From positions 1-64,000 of the forward strand of contig CAXHJY010000992.1 of NCBI GenBank assembly GCA_964016885.1: a stretch of 64,000 bases of DNA, given 5' to 3'. The DNA comes from Eledone cirrhosa. Lineage: Eukaryota. The stretch's first letter is position 1, and each line of letters begins with the position of its first letter. This document shows, piece by piece, positions 35,917 to 48,100 of this stretch. Position numbers and translations under genes: made by a program. The notes beneath the pieces were generated by a model. That model did not search any database, was not told the origin of the DNA, and saw only the letters and a list, made by a program, of their open reading frames with translations.

Positions 35917-38162
35917 TATAATAATAATAATAATGAAATATTGTGTACAGTGCTCAGGTGCACTACAACTCATCAAAAAGTGTATGTATAGTACATAGGG
36001 TAATGTACAAATGTCAGAAAAATAAACAGTGCAGGAGTCATGATATACACACGTGTGCATGTGTATGAAAGGGGTACATCGGGTGTAGTTTTGGCGAATT
36101 TCGGGAAGCATGAGGGTTTTAAAGGATGCAGTGTCTCAACAGCTAATAACTGATGCAGGCAGTTTGTTCCATGCTTCAGCAACTCTGAGCGTGAAAAAAG
36201 TTTTCGAAAGTCATGGGAGCTGTGTTGTTTTCTGACATTGTAGGCATGTCCACATGTGTTAGACACATGGAGATCAAAAAGATGCTCAGGGTTGTTGTTG
36301 GCGAGATGGTTAATAACTTTGTGGGTGTTTACCAAGTTCATTGCCAAACGTCGGAGCTTCAATGAATCCATGCCCAGGGAAGCAAGGCGTTCAGAGTCTG
36401 GTAGGTGTCTGATGGAGGGTATGCGCTTGGTTGCATGTCTCTGAACAGTTTCCAGGAGGTCAATGTTCTGAGCAAGATAGGGGTTCCAGACTGATGATGC
36501 GAATTCCAAGTGTGGTCGTACCATAGCTGTATACAGCTTTAAATAGATGGCTGGAGAGTGGCTAACAAAGGTCTTGCTGTGTGATGCCAAGACACCCTCG
36601 GCCTTCTTGACAATCTTAGAGACATGCTTTGTCCAACGCAAATCGCTGCTGACAGTAATGCCCAGGTCACGTTCACAAGAGGACTTCTTGATATCAGTGT
36701 TGTAGAGGGAGTATGTCGACGCTGGATTTTTCCTCCCAAAATGCATGGTGGTACACTTGTCCACAGCCAGCTTCAGTTGCCAGTCTGTGATCCACTGCTG
36801 CATTGTGTGCAGGTCTGATTGTAGGAAAGAGTTGTAGATTTCAGGATCAGTCCTTTTGATTTCAAGGTACAGCTTGATGTCATCTGCATATTCCAGTGCT
36901 GTGGCATTCTTTAAGTTGGCATCTATGTCAATGTATGCAACAAACAAAAGGGGACCAAGAACAGATCCCTGTGGTACACCAGATGACATCTCATATGGTG
37001 AAGAATGCTGTCCTAGAACCGTGACTACCTCTTTTCGGCTGAAGGACTTCAACCAGTTAAAAAGATCATCCCTCACACCCATTGCAGAGAGTTTCGCCAT
37101 AAGTCTTTTGTGTGGCACAGAATTAAAAGCCTTAGCGAAGTCAAGGTAAACAACATCCACCCATGAGCCGCTGTCAGTGATCCGGGTAATGTCTTGAAGG
37201 AACTCGATAAGCTGATCACAGCAGCTGGAGTTAGGGATAAACCCAAACTGTGAGGGCCAGATGAGGCTGTGAGAGCTCCAGAAGTTCCAAAGTGTTTCTC
37301 TGACACAGGATTCCATCAGTTTGGCCATACAGCTAGTAAGACAGACTGGACGATAGTTGACAGGTGACGTGCGGTCGCCCTTTTTGAACAGGGGAATGAC
37401 ACTGGCAGTTTTCCACTGCTCCGGAGTAGCACCATTGTTGAGACAGTATTGAAAGAAGAAAGAAAGCTGGTGCAAAAGGAAGTACCTGCCATGTTTGAGA
37501 AGCAGGTATGTAACACTATCAAGACCAGGGGAGGCATAGTTGCGCTTATTCTTAAGGTGACTCGCAACATTGCAGGTGTAAATTCCATAGTTGTTATGGA
37601 ATTTGATGTTAGAGATGATGGAGATGGTACATTCTGGTTTTCAACAGTAAAAATACTTGCATAGCACTCAGCAATGAGTTCTTCGCATTCTTTGGGATCG
37701 TCAGTGATCTGGCTTGTGTGGGGATTGCGAAGAGGACCAACTGGAGAGTGAGGTCTCTGCTTTGAATGTACATATTTCCAGAACACCTTACTGTCAGGAT
37801 TGGTTGCTATGCACTGTTCAAATTCAAGCACTGCCTTTCTTGTCACTTGCTTGAGATGGTTGGAAGATTTATTCCGCTTTTTTCTGTTGGCATCTGATTT
37901 ATGCAGTTTATATTCCCGTTCAGCGTTCCGACGTTCTTTCCTGGCAAGTCGGACCGCTGAAGTTTCCCAAATTGCACTTTTGGGGTGGTTTTTTTTCTGC
38001 TTACGTGGCACTGATGCTGCACACGCTATCCATATTGAGTCCAGGATGCTCTGGAGTATAGTGTTCACATCTCCAGAGTTATAGAACTCATGCCAGTTTG
38101 AGCGCTGTAGCTCGGTGCAGTACAAGTTCCAATCTGCTTTCTTCCAATCAAAGCAAGCAGAT
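35917..38162 (-). mobile_element. 5'-truncated CR1-like LINE (ORF2 reverse transcriptase, frameshifted)
   Basis: RT motifs NYRPVCLTS, QFGF, DVVYLDFAKAFNSVPH, SGVPQGSVLGPLLF, YADD, VRPHLEF...W.PY; (TTA)n 3' tail; ORF split into two frames. Confidence 0.93.
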
Positions 38163-38560
38163 TTGATCACAAATACAAGCAGCCGAAATGGGGTTCCTCC
38201 GAAGAGTCTTTGCAGTAACATTACTTCATAGAATGCGTAGCTCAGAGATGAGAAAGTCACTCCAGGTAGAACTGCTATTTCTCCAAATTGAGAGATCATA
38301 GCTCCGAATTATGGACATGTGGTTAGAATATCTCGGGAAAGAATAGCTGGACAGATTTTACGGGAACAACCAACTGGCAGGAGACCCAGGAGTAGACCCC
38401 GAGCAAGATAGTTGCATAACATCCATGAGCTTGGCTGGTCTCACATGGGGATCCAGCTGGATCAGTTGGAGATGGTTGTTACTGACAGGATCCACTAGAA
38501 GGAGTGTTTGAGGACTCTGCCCCTACAACCCTCTCAGGAATAAGTGGGTGAAGAAGAAAT
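38163..38560 (+). mobile_element. RTE-clade LINE 3' fragment (degenerate)
   Basis: Reads SQIQAAEMGFLRRVFAVTLLHRMRSSEMRKSLQVELLFLQIERS*LR.YGHVVR...PTGRRPRSRPRAR*, a typical RTE ORF C-terminus with stops. Confidence 0.8.
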
Positions 38561-38609
38561 GTTTGTGACACATCATGAGATTATCAATGACACATGGAAA
38601 GTGTATTAA

Positions 38610-38888
38610 CCCTTCCATTACTGTATTTATAATGAAATATATTCTCTTTCAATTAATTAATGCAGAATTTTTAAGGATTTACTCAAATGATTAATTATTT
38701 TGTTCCTAATATAATTGTTTCTACTTTAGGCACAAGGCCAGCAATTACCCAGTGCATTAAATAACTTGAAATATGGTTCTTGTATAATATCATGTTGGAA
38801 GATATAAATTTATATAGGAATTGTTTGAAATGTGTGGTTTTCTTTCATAGAACCAGGGCTGGTTTTGACCAGGTTGATATCAAAAGGG
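38610..38888. mobile_element. piggyBac-like MITE, second family
   Basis: TTAA|CCCTT...AAGGG|TTAG termini. Confidence 0.5.
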
Positions 38889-38915
38889 TTAGAGTGTATC
38901 AGTGAGACACTACAC

Positions 38916-39167
38916 CAGAGGTTCTCAACCTTTTCACTACTAAGGACCCCTTTTATCTAAATGAATTTTCCCACAGACCAGGCATCCCTCACCGGCTGCA
39001 ATTACTCTGCCTCTCAGATTGTTATATATCGAAAAAGAGAAAAATAGATCCCTAAATGGTGCGTATATATTACATTTTTTCACAAAGCACTTTTGAAATT
39101 TTGAACTTCGCTCTTTGTTCTCTGGACTGAAGTGTCAGAACATAGTTTGGAAACTTTAGAACCACTG
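38916..39167. mobile_element. Degenerate hAT-like MITE
   Basis: CAGAGGTTCTCAA ... TTAGAACCACTG imperfect TIRs; TSD decayed. Confidence 0.4.
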
Positions 39168-39509
39168 GACTATGAAAGTGCTGGTGTAGACATTTACAAA
39201 GGCAGTACAATAACATAGACAATTGTAGGGATAAAATATTGAAACCCAGTTTATATAAAAAGAATTTAAGGACCCATCCAATACAATTTCAATATAATAT
39301 GAAATGCAATTTTACTGTTCAATTTTTCATCTGTCTGATCTAAACCAGACTGGACTGGTTCCAACTGGTCTTGACTAAAGGCTAATTTATATTCCATTGC
39401 AGCAGAACATTCCCCGAAAGTGGTCAAGATCACATACTAAGGTATAAGACATCAAACTAGAAGCAAATGATGACAGGTGATGGGAGATATAATAACAGTA
39501 ATAACATAC

Positions 39510-39581
39510 CTGGAGATGGAGGTCTTCTGCCAAAGTTAGTGCGCCCCGAGTTAGCTTGATTTGCCAGTAAGTTCATTGACA
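39510..39581 (-). CDS. CAMSAP: CAMSAP/Patronin alternative 72-nt exon A
   Basis: ctttctttcctttgtag|(V)SMNLLANQANSGRTNFGRRPPSP|gtatgt; phase 1-1; in frame with both neighbours. Confidence 0.8.
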
Positions 39582-39749
39582 CTACAAAGGAAAGAAAGTA
39601 ATATTTAATATTTAAAAAAAAAAACATTTCCATAACATACTAAATATCATCAACATTATACTCATCAATATCATTTGTGGTTGTTAATTTATTTTAATAA
39701 ATCTAATGTGATTTAAATATTGTGTTAATCATTAAAAAATGCACTAGAG

Positions 39750-40050
39750 CAGTGTTTCCTAAAGTGGATTGCAAGGACCTCCAGAGATCAACAAAAAATT
39801 CCCAGGGGTCCACAAAGTTTCTTTTAGTAAAATTTTATTAAAAAATGTTAAACACTTTATTTATATATATATATATAATTATTATTGTTATTATTAGTAA
39901 ATTCTCTCTTTAAAACAGCTTTTGTTTCATTCAATGTCTTATTAAATTTATGGAGGCAGGGAGTGTTGTCTCTAAAATATAGGTATAACTCACAAGAGTT
40001 TTGGAAAATGGTATGAATGCTCTGCCAGAAAATATATTTGGGAACCACTG
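39750..40050. mobile_element. hAT-family MITE
   Basis: TIRs CAGTGTTTCCTAAA / TTTGGGAACCACTG with a perfect 8-bp TSD CACTAGAG (39742-39749 and 40051-40058). Confidence 0.85.
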
Positions 40051-40194
40051 CACTAGAGATCATTAAACAATAATAACTAACATTTCCATAGATTGCTAAA
40101 CATTTTATAAAAATATTATGTTGCTTAATAAGGATTATTACATAAGAGACTTGATCAATTACTACAGATAAAATATACAAACTATCAACTATTA

Positions 40195-41562
40195 ATACAC
40201 TTTACACATACTTAACGTACAGTGATACATTTTACACATACACACACTTAACGTAGTGATACATTTTACACATACACACACTTAACGTAGTGATACATTT
40301 TACACATACACACACTTAACGTAGTGATACATTTTACACATACACACACTTAACGTACAGTGATACATTTTACACATACACACACTTAACGTAGTGATAC
40401 ATTTTACACATACACACACTTAACGTAGTGATACATTTTACACATACACACACTTAACGTAGTGATACATTTTACACATACACACACTTAACGTAGTGAT
40501 ACATTTTACACATACACACACTTAACGTACAGTGATACATTTTACACATACACACACTTAACGTAGTGATACATTTTACACATACACACACTTAACGTAC
40601 AGTGATACATTTTACACATACACACACTTAACGTAGTGATACATTTTACACATACACACACTTAACGTACAGTGATACATTTTACACATACACACACTTA
40701 ACGTAGTGATACATTTTACACATACACACACTTAACGTACAGTGATACATTTTACACATACACACACTTAACGTAGTGATACATTTTACACATACACACA
40801 CTTAACGTAGTGATACATTTTACACATACACACACTTAACGTAGTGATACATTTTACACATACACACACTTAACGTACAGTGATACATTTTACACATACA
40901 CACACTTAACGTAGTGATACATTTTACACATACACACACTTAACGTAGTGATACATTTTACACATACACGTAACATACAGTGATACATTTTACACATACA
41001 CACACTTAACGTAGTGATACATTTTACACATACACACACTTAACGTACAGTGATACATTTTACACATACACACACTTAACGTAGTGATACATTTTACACA
41101 TACACACACTTAACGTAGTGATACATTTTACACATACACACACTTAACGTACAGTGATACATTTTACACATACACACACTTAACGTAGTGATACATTTTA
41201 CACATACACACACTTAACGTACAGTGATACATTTTACACATACACACACTTAACGTAGTGATACATTTTACACATACACACACTTAACGTAGTGATACAT
41301 TTTACACATACACACACTTAACGTAGTGATACATTTTACACATACACACACTTAACGTAGTGATACATTTTACACATACACACACTTAACGTACAGTGAT
41401 ACATTTTACACATACACACACTTAACGTAGTGATACATTTTACACATACACACACTTAACGTAGTGATACATTTTACACATACACACACTTAACGTAGTG
41501 ATACATTTTACACATACACACACTTAACATACAATGACATATTTCACACACACACACTTAAA
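40195..41562. repeat. 34/36-bp minisatellite, ~39 copies
   Basis: Unit AGTGATACATTTTACACATACACACACTTAACGT(AC). Confidence 0.96.
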
Positions 41563-42174
41563 ATAACAGAACAAAATGTTAGTATTTAAAACAAAAATCT
41601 AAATAAATTCCACATTAAATCCCAAGACATCAATACTAACCCCAGACCAAGGGTTTATCAATTAGACATGCAAACAGAAGTAAAATTTTAAATACTTTTG
41701 GTAAAATTATGAGAAACAATAAGACAAAGGAGTATTTTAATCTGTATAAATCAGCTACAATATTATTTTTTTTTGCTTATTAATTAAACATTAATAAAAT
41801 AAAAATTAACAGTTCATAATGAGTAGAATGTTAAATATAATCTCTACACAGAAGTTTTAATAAAATTCTATTTAATAAAGAATGTTAGTCTCAAACATGA
41901 GGTAGTGAACTGGTGAAGTGATCAGAGCTTCAGAAAGAAGCCTTGCAAATATGTGTTCCAGCTCTCTGTGCTAGTGAATTTAAATCCCAGGACACCTTAG
42001 AGAGTCAAATATAATACCAGTGAAATACTGGAATCCCAACTGGCTGATACCATAATATATTGTTGTACTACTTTGTTGGAGGATAAAACAGTACTATGAT
42101 CTCTCAATAGACAAAACAACACTGACTTGGTTCAGATCAACTGGTGTTGGAGAATAATATTTCATATCATAACA

Positions 42175-42757
42175 GCAACAGTGTTGCTGGTCAGATCATC
42201 TGTTGTATATATCACATACCAACACTGAGCTGTGATGTTGGTCAGATCATCTGTTGTATATATCACAAGACCCAACACTGAGCTGTGTTGCTGGTCAGAT
42301 CATCTGTTGTATATATCACATACCAACACTGAACTGTGTTGTTGGTCAGATCATCTGTTGTATATATCACAAGACCCAACACTGAGCTGTGTTGTTGGTC
42401 AGATCATCTGTTGTATATATCACATACCAACACTGAACTGTGTTGTTGGTCAGATCATCTGTTGTATATATCACAAGACCCAACACTGAGCTGTGTTGTT
42501 GGTCAGATCATCTGTTGTATATATCACATACCAACACTGAACTGTGTTGTTGGTCAGATCATCTGTTGTATATATCACAACACCCAACACTGAGCTGTGT
42601 TGCTGGTCAGATCATCTGTTGTATATATCACAACACCCAACACTGAGTTGTGTTGTTGGTCAGAGCATCTGTTGTATATATCACAACACCCAACACTGAG
42701 TTGTGTTGTTGGTCAGAGCATCTGTTGTATATATCACAACACCCAACACTAAGCTGT
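42175..42757. repeat. 51/53-bp minisatellite with 104-bp dimer period
   Basis: Unit CTGTGTTGTTGGTCAGATCATCTGTTGTATATATCACAAGACCCAACACTGAG alternating with a 51-bp variant. Confidence 0.94.
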
Positions 42758-44112
42758 ATCAATAGCAAAATCAACATTGTCTGGCTGAAATTATCAACTA
42801 CAAACAGTTACAGTGCTGTATAGTTAACAAGTATATCATTAGGTTACCATGACAAGACTCTTGCAGTGCTTCAGTCTCAACCAGTTTTCTGAACACCATA
42901 CCAAAGTGGACTTGCTACAAACTATTTAAGACAAAGGTAACCAATATATACCCCTTGTTTACCAATAGAGAGGTGTGGCTGTGAACCTAAAGAACACACA
43001 ATTAAGACCAAGAGAGAGTGTACAGTAGCATAGAGCTAAGTAGATAGTAAAAAGTACACTCAATAAAATATCACTTTAGAATATTTTAATTTGTAACAGT
43101 TTGTAAGTTTACAATACATTAAAGAATGGTGCCAAGAGGAGGGAAGGAGAGAAAAGCCACGATATTTATGGAGGAAATACTACAACTGGTGTTGGGGGTT
43201 ACTAGAAAAGCAAGTTAGGTGATATATTTAGCCTAGTAATAGGGCTTTAGGAATTCAACAGGGTAAGGATTATAAACATTTGGAACACCAAACCTTCATA
43301 AGCGGTTTATTTTAGGGAATATAAAATTTATTTGTATTTTCTAACTAATTTTTTTTTACAAAGTAAACTAAATATAAAAAAATTAAGCTACAACTTCAAT
43401 AATGGATTATCTTACCCCACCCTAAGGGTAACTTTAAATATAGGGTCTTATTTCTCTAATTCAATGAATCTCAGACTACTATCACTAGATACAGTTACTA
43501 AATTAGTACCATCTTCTCAAACTATAGAATGTTGAAGTATTTTATTCTCAGACTATCGTTAGATACAACTATTAAATTAATACCATTTTGTGAAACTATA
43601 GGATGTTGAAGTATTTTGATTCAACCTAATATAATGAAGTGAATAGGAACAACAGACTAAATATTGATGTCAGTTACTCAAGTTTAACCTATCATTGTTC
43701 AGTGTAGATTCAACAGTTTAAAGAAATCACTTATAAGTTACCTACTCTTTGATTAATCAACAGATACAACAAATAACATTTTATTTCACATCATATTAAA
43801 ATTTCCAGCAGATTCATGAATTAGAGTGTCATGACACTCCACTTTTGTTTAGTAAATCAAAGACAATGATGTAGTTACAATAATTTTAGCCAGATAATCT
43901 TTTTTAATAGCAATAATTAGAAAAAAAGCTGCGTATTTTCATGCAAACTAAGAAAAAAAAAATAGTATCAAACTATATCCCTCAAAAATGTCGGTCCAAT
44001 GTTGATTAGCTTTGTTTATATACAGGAGCTTTCTAGAATATAACAGCAATAAGAGGAGGTAGTCATTTGAAAATTTTATTGATGAGGCAGTGTGTATATA
44101 TATATGTGTGTG

Positions 44113-44184
<72 letters not shown>

Positions 44185-44635
44185 GAGGCAGTTGAGTTCC
44201 CCCACAGCACCCCAGAATTTATTTGCTCATAACTTTCTAAATAATGCATATATTTTTTAATGTATTACGATTGTGTTGAAATTTTGTTCTTTAAACATTT
44301 TTTCCTCTCCCTGCAATTCAGTGTTGTAGAAATCTAAGACATTATCTTCATTGATATTATTCCTTATCAGCTTGAAATTGGAAGACAGTCTGTTACAAGC
44401 ATTGCTACAAGATATCCAGGAAATGAAGGCATTAACAAATGGAACTATCCAACAACAAAAATATCCTTTCAAAAAAAAATGTTTTTCTTCCTTTCATCAA
44501 CATAATCTTAATCTACAACTTGGGAAACATATCTCTGCAAAATTTCATTACAAGATATACCTTAAGTAATGAGGAAACAAAGTTGGTGATGGGGGCCACT
44601 AAACTATAGTTGAGCCATTTATATACACACACACA

Positions 44636-44686
<51 letters not shown>

Positions 44687-45154
44687 TATGTAGAAAGCAG
44701 AAGCAGCTACTTGAGGTAACTTCTCTACTGGAAGTGAGGGTTATAATTGAAGTCTTAACTCAGAGGCAATATATTCACATGAGAATTATAAAAAAATAGT
44801 TAAATAGCTCATCATTTCAACGATGAGCAACGTAGTTGCTCAATATCCTACATGTTAAAGTGGCAGAGTTCTCAGGGAGATTCAGTGGCTCTTTGAATTG
44901 CAGGTACAGTCCATCTTGTATTATAATGTAAGTGGTTGAGCATTTCAGAGGCACAGTTGCAGTTCTGATGAAGATTCACTGTGACTGTATGTCAAGGCTG
45001 ACCCTTTAAATTACAGGTACCGTGCATTTGATGGGCTTCCAAACAGTCACCATCAACTTAATTTGACTGACATGGGTTGGGTAAAACCAAGTCTATAGTG
45101 AAGACCAAGATCTCACATTGTCATTGTAAACTTAACCATTTGACCATGCAGAAA

Positions 45155-48100
45155 CAACTGCAACAGTAGCAGCAGCTGCAACAGTAGCAGTAACAGCAGC
45201 TGCAACAGTAGCAGTAACAGCAGCTGCAACAGTAGCAGTAACATCAGCTGCAATAGTAGCAGTAAGAGCAGCTGCAATAGTAGCAGTAACATCAGCTTCA
45301 ATAGTAGCAGTAACATCAGCTGCAATAGTAGCAGTAACAGCAGCTGCAATAGTAGCAGTAACAGCAGCTGCAATAGTAGCAGTAACAGCAGCTGCAACAG
45401 TAGCAGTAACAGCAGCTGTAACAGTAGCAGTAACAGCAGCTGCAACAGTAGCAGTAACATCAGCTGCAACAGTAGCAGTAACATCAGCTGCAATAGTAGC
45501 AGTAACATCAGCTGCAATAGTAGCAGTAACATCAGCTGCAATAGTAGCAGTAACATCAGCTGCAATAGTAGCAGTAACAGCAGCTGCAACAGTAGCAGTA
45601 ACAGCAGCTGCAATAGTAGCAGTAACAGCAGCTGCAATAGTAGCAGTAACAGCAGCTGCAATAGTAGCAGTAATAGTAGCTGCAATAGTAGCAGTAACAG
45701 CAGCTGCAACAGCAGCTGCAATAGTAGCAGTAACAGTAGCTGCAACATCAGCTGCAACAGCAGCTGCAATAGTAGCAGTAACATCAGCTGCAACAGTAGC
45801 AGTAACAGTAGCTGGAAAAGTAGCAGTAACATCAGCTGCAACAGTAGCAGTAACAGTAGCTGCAACAGTAGCTGCAACAGTAGCTGTAACAGCAGCTGCA
45901 ATAGTAACAGTAACTGCAATAGTAGCAGTAACATCAGCTGCAACAGTAGCAGTAACAGCAGCTGCAATAGTAGCAGTAACAGCAGCTGCAATAGTAGCAG
46001 TAACAGTAGCTGCAACAGTAGCTGTAATAGTAGCTGCAACAGTAGCAGTAACATCAGCTGCAACAGTAGCAGTAACAGCAGCTGCAATAGTAGCTGCAAT
46101 AGTAGCAGTAACAGCAGCTGCAATAGTAGCAGTAACATCAGCTGCAACAGTAGCAGTAACAGCAGCTGCAATAGTAGCAGTAACAGCAGCTGCAATAGTA
46201 GCTGCAATAGTAGCAGTAACAGCAGCTGCAATAGTAGCAGTAACAGTAGCTGCAACAGTAGCTGCAATAGTAGCTGCAACAGTAGCAGTAACAGTAGCTG
46301 CAATAGTAGCAGTGACATCAGCTGCAACAGTAGCAGCAACATCAGCTGCAATAGTAGCAGTAACAGTAGCTGCAATAGTAGCAGTAACAGTAGCTGCAAC
46401 AGTAGCAGTAGCTGCAATAGTAGCAGTAACAGTAGCTGCAATAGTAGCAGTAACAGTAGCTGCAATAGTAGCAGTAACATCAGCTGCAATAGTAGCAGTA
46501 ACATCAGCTGCAATAGTAGCAGTAACAGTAGCTGCAATAGTAGCAGTAACAGCAGCTGCAACAGTAGCAGTAACAGCAGCTGCAACAGTAGCAGTAACAG
46601 CAGCTGCAATAGTAGCAGTAACAGCAGCTGCAACAGTAGCAGTAACAGCAGCTGCAATAGTAGCAGTAACAGCAGCTGCAATAGTAGCAGTAACTGCAAT
46701 AGTAGCAGTAACAGTAGCTACAATAGTAGCAGTAACAGTAGCTGCAACAGTAACAGTAGCTGCAATAGTAGCAGTAACAGCAGCTGCAATAGTAGCAGTA
46801 ACAGCAGCTGCAACAGTAGCAGTAACAGCAGCTGCAACAGTAGCAGTAACAGTAGCTGCAATAGTAGCAGTAACTGCAATAGTAGCAGTAACAGTAGCTG
46901 CAATAGTAGCAGTAACAGTAGCTGCAACAGTAACAGTAGCTGCAATAGTAGCAGTAACAGCAGCTACAATAGCTGCAATAGGAGCAGTAACAGTAGCTGC
47001 AATAGTAGCAGTAACAGCAGCTGCAATAGTAGCAGTAACAGTAGCTGCAACAGTAGCAGTAACAGCAGCTGCAATAGTAGCAGTAACATCAGCTGTAACA
47101 GCAGCTGCAATAGTAACAGTAACTGCAATAGTAGCAGTAACATCAGCTGCAACAGTAGCAGTAACAGCAGCTGCAATAGTAGCAGTAACATCAGCTGCAA
47201 CAGTAGCAGTAACAGTAGCAGTAACAGTAGCTGCAATAGTAGCAGTAACTGCAATAGTAGCAGTAACAGTAGCAGTAACAGTAGCTGCAATAGTAGCAGT
47301 AACAGTAGCTGCAACAGTAACAGTAGCTGCAATAGTAGCAGTAACAGCAGCTACAATAGCTGCAATAGGAGCAGTAACAGTAGCTGCAATAGTAGCAGTA
47401 ACAGCAGCTGCAATAGTAGCAGTAACAGTAGCTGCAACAGTAGCAGTAACAGTAGCTGCAACAGTAGCAGTAACAGTAGCTGCAACAGTAGCAGTAACAG
47501 TAGCTGCAACATTAACAGTAGCTTCAATAGTAGCAGTAACATCAGCTGCAATAGTAGCAGTAACAGTAGCTGCAAAAGTAGCAGTAACATCAGCTGCAAC
47601 AGTAGCAGTAACAGTAGTGGCAGCAGTAGCAGTAACAGTAGCTGCAACAGTAGCTGTAACAGCAGCTGCAATAGTAGCAGTAACATCAGCTGCAACAGTA
47701 GCAGTAACAGCAGCTGCAACAGTAGCAGTAACAGTAGTGGCAACAGTAGCAGTAACAGTAGCTGCAACAGTAGCTGTAACAGCAGCTGCAATAGTAACAG
47801 TAACTGCAATAGTAGCAGTAACATCAGCTGCAACAGTAGCAGTAACAGCAGCTGCAACAGTAGCAGTAACAGCAGCTGCAATAGTAGCAGTAACATCAGC
47901 TGTAACAGCAGCTGCAATAGTAACAGTAACTGCAATAGTAGCAGTAACATCAGCTGCAACAGTAGCAGTAACAGCAGCTGCAATAGTAGCAGTAACATCA
48001 GCTGCAACAGTAGCTGTAACATCAGCTGCAATAGTAGCAGTAACAGCAGCTGCAATAGTAGCAGTAACAGTAGCTGCAACAGTAGCAGTAACATCAGCTG

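Noticed and set aside
27983-42757. CRISPR-like appearance of the 34-53-bp repeats
   Set aside because: Head-to-tail units with no unique spacers, no cas genes, eukaryotic context.
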